From IMG/VR virus record IMGVR_UViG_3300042896_000714, positions 38,341 through 102,340 of that record: a stretch of DNA of 64,000 nt. The stretch is one strand, 5' to 3'. Within the stretch, counting starts at the first letter, position 1; each line of letters begins with the position of its first letter. This document shows, in pieces, positions 38,956 through 49,123 of the stretch. Below the pieces are notes generated by a model. It made no database searches. It was not told the origin of the DNA and saw only the letters and a program-made list of their open reading frames with translations. The stretch comes from a virus. The translations under genes were made by a program, and so were the position numbers.

Positions 38956-39937
38956 CAATTGGCGGGATGAAGTGTTGCATATTGATTTAAATCTTGGCAA
39001 CTACTGTAATTATAAATGCTGGTATTGTTGGCCAGGATCAAATTACGGCACGCACAAATTTCCGAATTTAGAGATCATTAAACAAAACATCGCGCACTTG
39101 ATTAATTACTACAAGACGCATACTAATAAAAAAGTATTCGATGTGCATTTCTGTGGTGGCGAGCCCACTCATTGGCCAAAGCTTCCGGAATTTATTAAGT
39201 TTTTAAAAACAGAATTTAACTGTTTAATATCAATGACTTCCAACGGTTCTAAAAACTTAAACTGGTGGCAACAGCACGCCCAGCTGTTTAATCGAATTCA
39301 CATGAGCTGCCATCATGAGTTCGTAGAGATGGAATCATATCGAAAACTGTGTGATTACTTATACGAACAGCACGTAGTCGTAAGTGTATCAGTAATGATG
39401 GATCCAAATGCATGGGACAAGTGCATAGGATTAGTTGAATACTTCAAAAGAAGCCAACGGAAATGGACTATTCGATATGTCGAAATAATAGACAAAACTG
39501 TTAATTATTCGCCAGATCAATACTTAGTATTAAACAAACACAGAGCCAGGCGTGTTAATTTGTGGTTCTTTATTCGAAATAATAAACATTATACAAGTAA
39601 AGTAACGGCAATAGACAAAACAGGTAAAAAATATAAATTTAAAGATAATGAAATATTATTAAAAAAGCTCAATCAATTTAATGGTTGGGAATGTTCCGTG
39701 GGAGTGCATTGGTTAAATATCTCTATGACTGGCGTCATTTCAGGAACATGCAATCAAAAAATTTACGGACAATCGTATCATTATAACTTATACGATCCAC
39801 AATTTACAGAAAAATTTCATCCTACAATCAAACCGTCAATTTGCGAACAGGTTACGTGCGTGTGCAGCATTGAAACGGTTATGCCTAAACAGCTACTAGA
39901 AAAAACAAGAACAGTGATACCGATTTATGCAAATTGA
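38933..39937 (+). CDS. Radical SAM protein with C-terminal Cys-rich domain
   Basis: CNYKCWYC, CGGEP, CSVG...CEQVTCVC. Confidence 0.92.
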   Translation: MHLISIHNNWRDEVLHIDLNLGNYCNYKCWYCWPGSNYGTHKFPNLEIIKQNIAHLINYYKTHTNKKVFDVHFCGGEPTHWPKLPEFIKFLKTEFNCLISMTSNGSKNLNWWQQHAQLFNRIHMSCHHEFVEMESYRKLCDYLYEQHVVVSVSVMMDPNAWDKCIGLVEYFKRSQRKWTIRYVEIIDKTVNYSPDQYLVLNKHRARRVNLWFFIRNNKHYTSKVTAIDKTGKKYKFKDNEILLKKLNQFNGWECSVGVHWLNISMTGVISGTCNQKIYGQSYHYNLYDPQFTEKFHPTIKPSICEQVTCVCSIETVMPKQLLEKTRTVIPIYAN

Positions 39938-40529
39938 TCTACCACATTTACATTACTGGATGCAAGCAATTCGGCAAAGTCCAGATCCGATTAGAACGTT
40001 AGATGCGTTCTGGAGTGGGCAAATAAAAAGCAAAGAATGGTTAATTACACAATTAGCACCATTTATTAATAAACGAGTTAATGTGGATATACACGGCGGA
40101 TGGGTAGGGACGTTGGCTAGCATGCTGTTTCAAAGTTCAATTCCAGTAGACACGATTCGAAGTATCGATATTGACTATACTTGTGAAGCCACTTCGACTA
40201 TGATGAATATGGCTGAGGCATTAGTCGGTCGGTTTAAGGCTATAACTTGCGATATGTGTACTATCGAAAGTTATGCTGATGTTATTATCAATACAAGTTG
40301 CGAGCATATTACACAAGCACAATATGATCAATGGTTAAATGCCATTCCAAATGGTAGCTTAATCGTACTTCAAAGTAATAATTATAAAATACCAGAACAT
40401 ATTCGAAATGCCGATTCTATAGAAGAATTTATAGCACAGAGTGCTATAAATGTGTTATTTTCAGATTCATTAAAATTGCCACTATATTCCCGCTACATGA
40501 TTATTGGACGAAAATATGTTTCAGTTTAA
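39927..40529 (+). CDS. Putative class I SAM-dependent methyltransferase
   Basis: IHGGWVG glycine loop, SIDID, DVIINTSCEH, VLQSNN. Confidence 0.7.
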   Translation: MQIDLPHLHYWMQAIRQSPDPIRTLDAFWSGQIKSKEWLITQLAPFINKRVNVDIHGGWVGTLASMLFQSSIPVDTIRSIDIDYTCEATSTMMNMAEALVGRFKAITCDMCTIESYADVIINTSCEHITQAQYDQWLNAIPNGSLIVLQSNNYKIPEHIRNADSIEEFIAQSAINVLFSDSLKLPLYSRYMIIGRKYVSV

Positions 40530-41601
40530 TGAATTACAAACACTGCATGTCGAACTAACGTCTAAATGCCAAGCAAAATGCCCCATGTGCATCAGAAATT
40601 ACCATGGTGGAATTATAAACCCAAATTTAAAATTAACTGATATATCAATTGACGAATTTAAAAATATTATAACTTGCAAGGTTTTACAACAAATAAGAAA
40701 TATCTACTTTTGTGGCAATTATGGTGATCCCATAATGTCAAATCATTTAATTAGTATTGTCCAGTACTGCGTGGAAATCAATCCATCGATTGAAATAAGT
40801 ATACACACTAACGGCAGTGCAAGATCTAAAGAGTGGTGGGAGCTCCTTGCGCATTCCCTGCCAAAATTTCATAAAGTTCACTTTGCATTAGACGGGTTGC
40901 GTGATACACATCACTTATATCGAATTGGTACGCATTTTGAGACTATTATAGAAAATGCTAAGGCTTTTATAAAAGCTGGTGGGCTAGCAGAGTGGACATT
41001 CCTGTCGTTTGATCACAATCAACATCAAATAGAAGAGGCTCGGCAAATGGCAAAGCATCTCGGATTTTCTAATTTTTCGCACAAGGCAACTAGCCGATTT
41101 GTAGCTACACCATGGTTTGATGTTTTGGATAAAACTGGTAACGTAGTGTATAAAATTAAACCTGCTACTGAACATGTTTTGAATTATATCGCCCCTGAAG
41201 TAATCAAGTCATATCGTAACCACTTTGATAACGCAGAGATTAAATGTAGAATACAAACAGACAAAAGCTTGTATATTGATGCAAATAAAATGCTGTGGCC
41301 ATGCTGTTGGATTGGGGCTATACCGTATAGTTATTCTCGATCAACTGATTTAGTATATCAATATCAGCAAGATCAATCAATGGCATTAACTAAATTAATA
41401 AATGACATAGGTGGGTATGCTACTATAGATCTACATAACCACTCTATTGAAGACATATTAAACAACCCAATATGGCAGAACATTTGGCAGGAGTATTGGG
41501 CAAAAAAGGAGCCTGGCACTTGCATTCGAACTTGTGGGATTTTTCCTAAAAAAATACTAAGCAATTTTGATGAGCAATGGATTAACACCGAATCATTATA
41601 A
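40516..41601 (+). CDS. Radical SAM/SPASM protein
   Basis: CQAKCPMC, CGNYGDP, HTNG, YIDANKMLWPCC, CIRTC; start moved to MFQFNE. Confidence 0.9.
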   Translation: MFQFNELQTLHVELTSKCQAKCPMCIRNYHGGIINPNLKLTDISIDEFKNIITCKVLQQIRNIYFCGNYGDPIMSNHLISIVQYCVEINPSIEISIHTNGSARSKEWWELLAHSLPKFHKVHFALDGLRDTHHLYRIGTHFETIIENAKAFIKAGGLAEWTFLSFDHNQHQIEEARQMAKHLGFSNFSHKATSRFVATPWFDVLDKTGNVVYKIKPATEHVLNYIAPEVIKSYRNHFDNAEIKCRIQTDKSLYIDANKMLWPCCWIGAIPYSYSRSTDLVYQYQQDQSMALTKLINDIGGYATIDLHNHSIEDILNNPIWQNIWQEYWAKKEPGTCIRTCGIFPKKILSNFDEQWINTESL

Positions 41602-42882
41602 ATGTGTAAAAATAGTTTTATAATTTGTACCGCGGGTAACATCATACAATTCTAATACACGGAGTCGTTCAGTAATGACCTCATCATAGTCATCTGGAGT
41701 TTCTTTTATGTATTCAATAATCGAAGCTAGTTGTTCTATCGCAGTAGGAGATTCATGTAAAATTGTAAGATCTTGCGTTTTTAAAAAAATTTCAATTCGA
41801 TCAGTAATAGTTGCGCGTTGGATTTTATTCAAATATCTTATAGAAAAATAATTAGGATCGTTAACTAAATTAACCTGTATGTGCAATGGTTCGTTGTATT
41901 GCTGTCTAATGCGTTCCCAAGAAGTGAATATAACTTCAAAATCAAATATATTAAAAATACTCCATGTAGTGGATAGTTTCTTTGTTATGTGTTTAAAGTC
42001 AAATACTGCGTGTAAATTTTTTTGAAATGTTTCATACACTGCCGGATATCGAATAAATTCAAATTTTTCTGGATCAACATGATCATAACTAATATATAAG
42101 TCAGTATGTTTAAATTTATTAAGATGTGTGAATACACGTCTATTGATTGCTGAAAGATTAGTAATGATAGTTAGTGAAATTGTTTCATTATATTGATTTT
42201 CAATGCAGTCTTCTAGTATTGCTGTAGTAAATGGATTAATCAATGGTTCACCACCCACTAATGATAGAAATTTTGCCGTTTTAAGACATGGCCTTAAATT
42301 ATTAATTGATTGCATAATATCAAGTATGTCTGATCTAAAATTTTGAGAATTTAAATCAAAGGATGCAACATGTGTTTCCCACTTAACTGCCATTGAAGGC
42401 AAGGAAATACCTTGAGATTTCCATGTATTAATTTCTTCTTGATGTAAACTGCTTGCACCAGCATAACACATAATACATTTTAAATTACACAATGTTCCTA
42501 TTTTTAAATCAACATCGACAGGTAACGATGATATTGTACCAGCATTACTAATGGCGTCTTGTATATATGAATCGTACGATTCATAAGATGACATATGTTG
42601 CTCATTATTTAAATTTCTTGGAGAATACATACCGTTTTCTTCTTGAGTTTTGCAATGAGCACAGTTAGATGGCCACTTGCCATCTAACATATCATTTCTG
42701 ATGGATTTGTAAGAATCTGAATTCCATACTTCGATAATAGAATTAGCACGAACATTGAATGTGATATTATTCGTATCCGTAATTGGCGTTAGTGATTGAC
42801 AACATACTCTGTAGGTTCCGTTGTTTAGCGTTGATATGTGTGTAAACGGTAATACACAGAAGGTTGGATATTTCTTTAGCAT
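41596..42882 (-). CDS. Radical SAM protein with N-terminal SPASM/twitch-like domain
   Basis: FCVLPF..VCC..NCAHC; CNLKCIMC; VGGEP. Confidence 0.92.
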   Translation of the reverse strand: MLKKYPTFCVLPFTHISTLNNGTYRVCCQSLTPITDTNNITFNVRANSIIEVWNSDSYKSIRNDMLDGKWPSNCAHCKTQEENGMYSPRNLNNEQHMSSYESYDSYIQDAISNAGTISSLPVDVDLKIGTLCNLKCIMCYAGASSLHQEEINTWKSQGISLPSMAVKWETHVASFDLNSQNFRSDILDIMQSINNLRPCLKTAKFLSLVGGEPLINPFTTAILEDCIENQYNETISLTIITNLSAINRRVFTHLNKFKHTDLYISYDHVDPEKFEFIRYPAVYETFQKNLHAVFDFKHITKKLSTTWSIFNIFDFEVIFTSWERIRQQYNEPLHIQVNLVNDPNYFSIRYLNKIQRATITDRIEIFLKTQDLTILHESPTAIEQLASIIEYIKETPDDYDEVITERLRVLELYDVTRGTNYKTIFTHL

Positions 42883-42886
42883 ATAG

Positions 42887-42901
42887 TATTTAAGTTAAAT
42901 A
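42887..42901. promoter_or_regulatory. Back-to-back TAAATA late-type promoters
   Basis: tattta 42887-42892 (minus strand, 4 nt before ATG) and taaata 42896-42901 (plus strand). Confidence 0.65.
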
Positions 42902-42918
42902 AATTACAAAAGGAATTT

Positions 42919-44343
42919 ATGAAAAAAATAGAAAAAGTTTATTGGTTACGCCCAATCGACTCGCAATTAGGAAAATGGCAGCAGCAAATTACTGACATTG
43001 CGAAATCGCCATCGTTTTGCGTGCTTCCTTGGATACACCTTGCTACGCGACCGAATGGCGATATGCGAATTTGTTGTGTTGCTAATGCAAGCGGTGCAGA
43101 GTCTGGTGACTATACTGTTGGTTTAGTGAAAAAAGAAAACGGAAGTCCTGCAAATTTTGGTTCTGACTTGCCTACTGAAGCATTTAATAGCAGTTACATG
43201 AAATCTGTACGTAAAACTATGATAGATGGCAATGTTCCGGCAAGTTGCCTTAAGTGCTATGAAGAAGAGGCGCAAGGAATTGCAAGTAAACGGATATGGG
43301 AAACTGGCACATGGCATTACGATGGTATTAATATTCCGGAATTAATTGCAAACACATCTGATGATGGTGAAGTACCTTACAAATTGGAGTATTTAGATCT
43401 TAGGTTAGGGCATACTTGCAATTTAAAGTGTATTATGTGTAGTCCCCATGATAGCAGTAAATGGGTGGCCGATCATAAAAAAGTATTTCCAATTTTTAAA
43501 AGTGATGTAATAAAAAAACAAATGTCATGGGATCGCAAAAATTTCAATAATTTTTGGCATGAAAATCCAGAGTTTTGGCGAGAAATATACGATCAAATTC
43601 CTAACTTAAAGCAACTCTACTTCGCCGGCGGTGAACCATTAATGATTCGAGAACACACATTGTTTTTAGAAGAGATTATTAAACGGGGATATGCTAGTAA
43701 AATTTCGTTACGGTATAATACAAATGGACTTTTGATCGACGATAGTATCATCGCCATTTGGAGTCAATTTCGCAAAGTTAAAGTCGGAGTAAGTTTAGAT
43801 GGAATGGGTGACCGTGTACACTACATTAGATATCCGACTAACTGGGAAATAGTGAAAGCCAATTTATGGAAACTGGATAATACACCTGACAATATACATT
43901 GTAATATTGCATTAGCAGTTCAAAATTTAAACATCAAGCATATACCGGAATTTATTAAATGGAAAGTGTCTAGTGGCTTTAAAAAATTAAACTTTGAAAA
44001 AAATGTTGCAGGCCAAACAAATGGCGGTGGATTGATAGGTGTACATTTGTTGTGGATTCCGACATGGTTAAGTCTTAGGGTCCTTCCTAAAGAAGACAAG
44101 GATGAAGTGCATCAATTATTTAATGATTTAAAAGATTGGTTATGGCTTAATTACACACAAGATGTTGAATTTTGGGAAACTAACCCATATGGGTGGAAAA
44201 GGTGGGAAGGTATTTTAGAATGGATGGATGCTGAGGATCATTCAAATTTATTACCCGATTTTCGTGATTATATATCAACAATGGATGCTCATCGAGGAAC
44301 GGATTTTAAAAAAACATTCCCAGAGATTGCGCATTTACTCTAA
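42919..44343 (+). CDS. Radical SAM protein with N-terminal SPASM/twitch-like domain
   Basis: FCVLPW..ICC..SCLKC; CNLKCIMC; AGGEP; YNTNG. Confidence 0.93.
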   Translation: MKKIEKVYWLRPIDSQLGKWQQQITDIAKSPSFCVLPWIHLATRPNGDMRICCVANASGAESGDYTVGLVKKENGSPANFGSDLPTEAFNSSYMKSVRKTMIDGNVPASCLKCYEEEAQGIASKRIWETGTWHYDGINIPELIANTSDDGEVPYKLEYLDLRLGHTCNLKCIMCSPHDSSKWVADHKKVFPIFKSDVIKKQMSWDRKNFNNFWHENPEFWREIYDQIPNLKQLYFAGGEPLMIREHTLFLEEIIKRGYASKISLRYNTNGLLIDDSIIAIWSQFRKVKVGVSLDGMGDRVHYIRYPTNWEIVKANLWKLDNTPDNIHCNIALAVQNLNIKHIPEFIKWKVSSGFKKLNFEKNVAGQTNGGGLIGVHLLWIPTWLSLRVLPKEDKDEVHQLFNDLKDWLWLNYTQDVEFWETNPYGWKRWEGILEWMDAEDHSNLLPDFRDYISTMDAHRGTDFKKTFPEIAHLL

Positions 44344-45360
44344 ATCAATTATTATGTCGTGTCCTATGTAAAAGTTAGGATACGACTTAACTGACTCAGA
44401 TAGCATCACATCAACGTACGATGCATGTAATGCATGTGTTGGGTTAGTAATATCCAACTTTGCAAGAGCAGAACCGGTGAACGTCCCCCATTCTTTTAAT
44501 TTTCCTAACTGTATAAATGGTAAATTACTAAATGTATTTGCAATAGTAATTAACGATGGGATTGTTGAAAATGTAGTTTCACTTACTAGCATTGACCACA
44601 CTACTTTAATATGTGGATTATTATCAGACAGATGTCGTAAATTTGCCCACAATGTGTCCCAATAGTTGCCGCGTATTGAAGTATATACTAGTTGAGAACC
44701 AGCAACCACGCTAACTGATATTAAACTAGTTTGTGCTAATATGTGGGCGTTGGCTTGCTGCCATTCTGCAGTCATTAATATACCTGAAGTAAATAATTGA
44801 AATTTAGTATTTGGCCATAGGTGTGGTTTTGTAAAAATATCTGAAGTTTTAAAGATATAATTCCACACTGGGCTTGCAATAAACTCACCCACGTTATCTA
44901 GTAATAATATTTTTTTCTGTAGGTGCGGTTCAGGAAAAAGTGCATCGAGTGTATTTTTTATTACATTGTGCATCACATTATATTGTTGATCTTTTGAGTT
45001 AACCAAGGTTATCTGTGATCGACAACCAACACATGCAAGATTACAACTATTATCAACATGAAACCTGATATATTGAGGTGTAGCTAGTGTTGCATTATTA
45101 TCACTCATTAAATTGACAATATGATGCGTAGCACTGTAATTTTGATAAAGTAAACAATTTTTCAAATTACATTTACGGTAAGAGTTGTCAATAATACCAC
45201 TTCGGATTGCAGTTGCCTCCAAGCTAAGCCAAATATCAGCAAGTGGTGTTTTTAATACATTACCGATTGACGCTGTCAATGATGACTCGCATAGGTATAC
45301 CTCTCCATCAGCATATATCTTTATATGAGAAAATGGCAGTTGGCATTTTAGTCTACTCAT
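44335..45360 (-). CDS. Divergent radical SAM protein with N-terminal SPASM-like domain
   Basis: CQLPF..DGEVYLC..IGNV..CNLKNC; CNLACVGC; GGEP replaced by NVGEF. Confidence 0.8.
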   Translation of the reverse strand: MSRLKCQLPFSHIKIYADGEVYLCESSLTASIGNVLKTPLADIWLSLEATAIRSGIIDNSYRKCNLKNCLLYQNYSATHHIVNLMSDNNATLATPQYIRFHVDNSCNLACVGCRSQITLVNSKDQQYNVMHNVIKNTLDALFPEPHLQKKILLLDNVGEFIASPVWNYIFKTSDIFTKPHLWPNTKFQLFTSGILMTAEWQQANAHILAQTSLISVSVVAGSQLVYTSIRGNYWDTLWANLRHLSDNNPHIKVVWSMLVSETTFSTIPSLITIANTFSNLPFIQLGKLKEWGTFTGSALAKLDITNPTHALHASYVDVMLSESVKSYPNFYIGHDIIIDLE

Positions 45361-46252
45361 TATTAGATTTCTTAAATTTAGTTAATGGTATGTCAGCGGC
45401 ACATGTACAGTAATTTCGATTGCATACTACTGGACTAGTAGGTGCATTAAAAGATCCTTGATATATATTGCCCAAGCTATCTCCAACTCGGCAAGTAGCT
45501 CGATGCACATCGCCGTCCCAATTAATCATTAAACTTTCAATGCCGGCATTGCAAGTCCAACCGTTGTACTTATTCATATGTAATTTAATTATGTCATTGG
45601 CGTGCATTATAGTATCTGCATCAATTACACAATTGCCCTGTACTGTAGTGTCATGCTCTTTAATCCACGTCAAGTCGTCAGGATTGTATCGCATGTCATC
45701 AAATAAGTCATGATCCCCTTCAGTCCAGCGTATGCGTCTAACTGTCGTCGGCGTGCCATCAGCGCCAAGTGCCCCGTGCACAGCTTTTAACTCTGCTATA
45801 TGATCAGCGTGTGCCATTAGTTGTGCTATAACCTTAATACTACTCATTGAGCCAACCTTCATTAGCGTATTACAAACACGCATCCAGTCATATTCAAAGT
45901 GTACGCTGCCTACCAATTGTTCTACTGGGAGGCTAATGTAAAACTCCGCAGGCAACGTTCCGTTAGTTGTTACACTAATCCAATTAATTCCCACGTGTTT
46001 GCAGTACATTAATAGTTCACGGAACTTAGGGTGTACAGTAGGTTCACCTCCTGTAAAACTAAGACGAATCGGCTTGCCTAGTGTTACGAGGTTATCCACT
46101 GCCAATTTAAGAATGTTTATATCTGTATGCGGGCTCGTGTTATCATGTATAGAAGAAGGACAATACGAACAACTGTAATTGCAACGCTTGCCAAGATTCC
46201 ATTCAACTTTAATGGAATTTTGATGAGGCCACCGGCTAGTTACGTTATACAT
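45353..46252 (-). CDS. Radical SAM protein with C-terminal Cys-rich domain
   Basis: CNYSCSYC, FTGGEP, TTNG, CNAG..DGDVHRATC..CNRNYCTC. Confidence 0.92.
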   Translation of the reverse strand: MYNVTSRWPHQNSIKVEWNLGKRCNYSCSYCPSSIHDNTSPHTDINILKLAVDNLVTLGKPIRLSFTGGEPTVHPKFRELLMYCKHVGINWISVTTNGTLPAEFYISLPVEQLVGSVHFEYDWMRVCNTLMKVGSMSSIKVIAQLMAHADHIAELKAVHGALGADGTPTTVRRIRWTEGDHDLFDDMRYNPDDLTWIKEHDTTVQGNCVIDADTIMHANDIIKLHMNKYNGWTCNAGIESLMINWDGDVHRATCRVGDSLGNIYQGSFNAPTSPVVCNRNYCTCAADIPLTKFKKSNNE

Positions 46253-47516
46253 ATGGTTTAAACTCTGGTGTTACATCTAAAAAACTTTGATTTCTAGTAA
46301 TATCTAGTCTGCGATTAAATTCTATACAGTCATTCCATTTCTCGCTTTGATCTCTTTGCAGATAGTTGATGTTATCTTGTATCTGACTCAGGGTGTACTC
46401 TAGTAGTTGTGGTTTTAACTTTATCAATTTAAAGTCTTTTATACGTAAACTAACTGATTGCAATCTTTTAATAGCTAAATCCCGTAATTCAAAAGGTAAT
46501 ACCTGTGCAGATAGCAACTTTGGATATTCTACACGATGTGAATGAAATATAATGCCCAAGTCATTGAGAAAGTACTCAATGATATCGCTTAAAATGAGAA
46601 CATTACTAACTTGTACGGTAACTGCCCCGACAATACGGCTAATATTTGGAATAGTTTGAATTTGTTTAATATTGTCGATGAGTGTTGCCCAACTAGCGTT
46701 ACCGCGGATATATTCATAGCTATCCCCGATACCGTCGATACTCACGTTGACTGCAACACTTTTAAATTTAGGCCAATATTCCCAAATAGTTCTGCTACCC
46801 TTTCCCAACATACTTAAATTAGTGGCATATTTAATTTCTATTTGGTGCCCATATGGTGCAAGCATATCCAAAATACGATAATGTTGTGGATCCATAAGCG
46901 GCTCGCCACCTGCAAATTCTACTCTTCTAAAATATGGCAGTAGTTTTTCTAAACTTTCCCACCATTTCGGATCGTTTTGAAATTTATCAAGAAATGGTCG
47001 GTTTTCTAAATTATGCTCTTCTACAATTGCATACATTATATTCCCTTCTTTTTTGTAAAAGTCCTTCACTTCGCCCCAGTCATTCCAGCTTGTGCTATCC
47101 ATCGGATGGCACATCCGACATTTTAGATTACACAAATTATTTAACTTTAATTCCATAGTAGGAATTTCAAACGGCATTGAAAAATCTGCTTGTAAGGAAT
47201 CTAGTGCGTTGGGATATAAGTTTATACGAGCTTCAGGAATCTTACCGGCAATGTGCCGCATACGTAAGCTTTCCACTCCTTGATCTTCTAAACTAAAACA
47301 TGGTTCACATTCTGGTGGTCGTGTGTTATTAAGAACTTGTTTTCGGATACGCTTCATTGTATCATTATTCCAAATTTCTTCTAACTTTTCTTTAGTAACA
47401 AATCCAACAGGGTGACTACGGCAACACGCACATATACCGCCATCTTCCCTGCTTGCTAATCCAGTAAATGGATGCATACAAAAAGTTTTACTTTGATTGA
47501 TCAATTGCCCACTCAC
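46245..47516 (-). CDS. Radical SAM protein with N-terminal SPASM/twitch-like domain (start uncertain, GTG or TTG)
   Basis: FCMHPF..ACC..ECEPC; CNLKCRMC; AGGEP. Confidence 0.92.
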   Translation of the reverse strand: MSGQLINQSKTFCMHPFTGLASREDGGICACCRSHPVGFVTKEKLEEIWNNDTMKRIRKQVLNNTRPPECEPCFSLEDQGVESLRMRHIAGKIPEARINLYPNALDSLQADFSMPFEIPTMELKLNNLCNLKCRMCHPMDSTSWNDWGEVKDFYKKEGNIMYAIVEEHNLENRPFLDKFQNDPKWWESLEKLLPYFRRVEFAGGEPLMDPQHYRILDMLAPYGHQIEIKYATNLSMLGKGSRTIWEYWPKFKSVAVNVSIDGIGDSYEYIRGNASWATLIDNIKQIQTIPNISRIVGAVTVQVSNVLILSDIIEYFLNDLGIIFHSHRVEYPKLLSAQVLPFELRDLAIKRLQSVSLRIKDFKLIKLKPQLLEYTLSQIQDNINYLQRDQSEKWNDCIEFNRRLDITRNQSFLDVTPEFKPYV

Positions 47517-47568
47517 TCTCTTTGCACAGACACATTCCTACTCCGTCGACTTTAATATTTGTTGTCAT
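47488..47568 (-). other. 26-codon mini-ORF MTTNIKVDGVGMCLCKESEWAIDQSK (peptide or deleted-gene remnant)
   Basis: Manual translation; start overlaps the end of the PLP gene and stop overlaps the start of the radical SAM gene. Confidence 0.45.
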
Positions 47569-48409
47569 TTTCTAAATACCTGATAAGAGGGCTTATACCT
47601 ACTGGTTGTCCTGCGTTTAACGCAAGATAAATGCTATGGGTGGGGGTTAAATTAAAATCAGCACAAATTTTATAGTAGTGACTGCTATATGTTTTCCACA
47701 AGTAGTCACTCGGTACATTCCGTAAAAAGTGTAACCCAATCATTACCAACACCCTATTATTCATATGAAAATCATTCATTATTGTGATACTATCTTGCTT
47801 GAATTGTCTACTCCAACGTAAGCCGATTCGGTTCCATCCTAGTCCGAGCCCTTTGCTTAAACTGATGCCAACGCTATGAATGGCAGGATGAAAAAAATCA
47901 AATACTATATCCTTACAACACGTGATCCATGCACCGTCTATATGTACTGGAATATTTTTAAGTAGACATTCATTTAATATCTCCGCCATATCAGTATGCA
48001 CTGCCCCAGTACTAGGAAATGGCATTGCAATAATCAATGGAATATTTGGAATTAATGAGCCAACATCTTTAAAGATGCATTGTTGTAATCTTTCGTGATA
48101 TTTGTAATCGGTTCGTAATACTTGGACTAAGCCATTCATATAAATCGCATCAATAAACTGAGTGCAGCCGATACAAATGTCTTTCCTTTCAAATTTATCT
48201 AAACCGGTTAATTTATTAACTGCAGAATTTAAAAGCCATTCTTCGCATTCTATTTTAAAGTCATTATATACATTATCACTTATATCCTTATTGATTTTTC
48301 CAGCTAATATATCTACGATTAGTGATTCTAAATAATTATCAGATAGCGGCTGCGGCCGATCGGTTTCTAACCATTGGCTAGTGTATGCTGGTGCAATTTT
48401 TGTTCTCAT
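47552..48409 (-). CDS. PLP-dependent enzyme (fold type I, aminotransferase-like)
   Basis: VHIDGAW, ISLSKGLGL (Schiff-base Lys), RIG. Confidence 0.8.
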   Translation of the reverse strand: MRTKIAPAYTSQWLETDRPQPLSDNYLESLIVDILAGKINKDISDNVYNDFKIECEEWLLNSAVNKLTGLDKFERKDICIGCTQFIDAIYMNGLVQVLRTDYKYHERLQQCIFKDVGSLIPNIPLIIAMPFPSTGAVHTDMAEILNECLLKNIPVHIDGAWITCCKDIVFDFFHPAIHSVGISLSKGLGLGWNRIGLRWSRQFKQDSITIMNDFHMNNRVLVMIGLHFLRNVPSDYLWKTYSSHYYKICADFNLTPTHSIYLALNAGQPVGISPLIRYLENDNKY

Positions 48410-48413
48410 AAAT

Positions 48414-48443
48414 TATTTACCTTAGTACACAAGGGCATAAATA
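48414..48443. promoter_or_regulatory. Divergent TAAATA late-type promoters, both leaderless
   Basis: tattta 48414-48419 (4 nt to minus-strand ATG) and taaata 48438-48443 (5 nt to plus-strand ATG). Confidence 0.65.
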
Positions 48444-48448
48444 TTTTT

Positions 48449-49123
48449 ATGTTAAAACAAACTCCATACTCAGTATCGAAGGCATTGCTAGATATAGCTG
48501 CAAATACTCCGCTGCTTTCTGATTTTAAAAATACAATAAATGCGCCGACTGGTAAATTCTTTTATGATAAATGGGAACTGTTACCTGTTTACAAAGGCAC
48601 TGTCTGGGAGGAAATTATGAATACACTTCCCGTTGACTGCGGCGAAGCACGTTTAATAAGACTTGGGCCAGGGACATGCTACAATAGTCATGCTGATATA
48701 GATGATAGATACCACTTAAACATAACAGGAAATTATTGTTACTTAGTTAATATAGACACTGCGTCTATGTATAAACTGATTAAAGACGGGATATGGTATG
48801 ACTTCAATGCAGGCCCACGTCACAGCGCTGTTAATTTTGGAGATGTACCCCGTACGCAGCTAGTAATTCGAAAATTATTAAAAAATAATACGTTGCAAGA
48901 CCCAGTTAATGTATCAATTATAGTAGAAAACATGCCATTATCCAATGCAAGGTATATTTTTGATGACACTGTTAGCTTATGGCTAAACCATGCAGTAAAG
49001 CAAGGAATATTGACTGGTTTCGATTATTCGAATAATGGCACGGTTTGTTTTACCGTAGAAAGATCGCATTTACATGAAGTTGCAACTATTTTACCAAAAG
49101 GGTTTATTTTAAATCATGATTGA
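48449..49123 (+). CDS. 2OG-Fe(II)/cupin oxygenase-like (Asp/Asn beta-hydroxylase-like)
   Basis: ARLIRL.PG.CY.SHADID.RYHL...RHSAVN...RTQLV. Confidence 0.72.
   Translation: MLKQTPYSVSKALLDIAANTPLLSDFKNTINAPTGKFFYDKWELLPVYKGTVWEEIMNTLPVDCGEARLIRLGPGTCYNSHADIDDRYHLNITGNYCYLVNIDTASMYKLIKDGIWYDFNAGPRHSAVNFGDVPRTQLVIRKLLKNNTLQDPVNVSIIVENMPLSNARYIFDDTVSLWLNHAVKQGILTGFDYSNNGTVCFTVERSHLHEVATILPKGFILNHD

Noticed and set aside
37957-46252. Calling the CNYxCxYC radical SAMs viperins, QueE or MoaA
   Set aside because: The motif similarity is generic and the C-terminal Cys domains do not let me assign a specific family by eye
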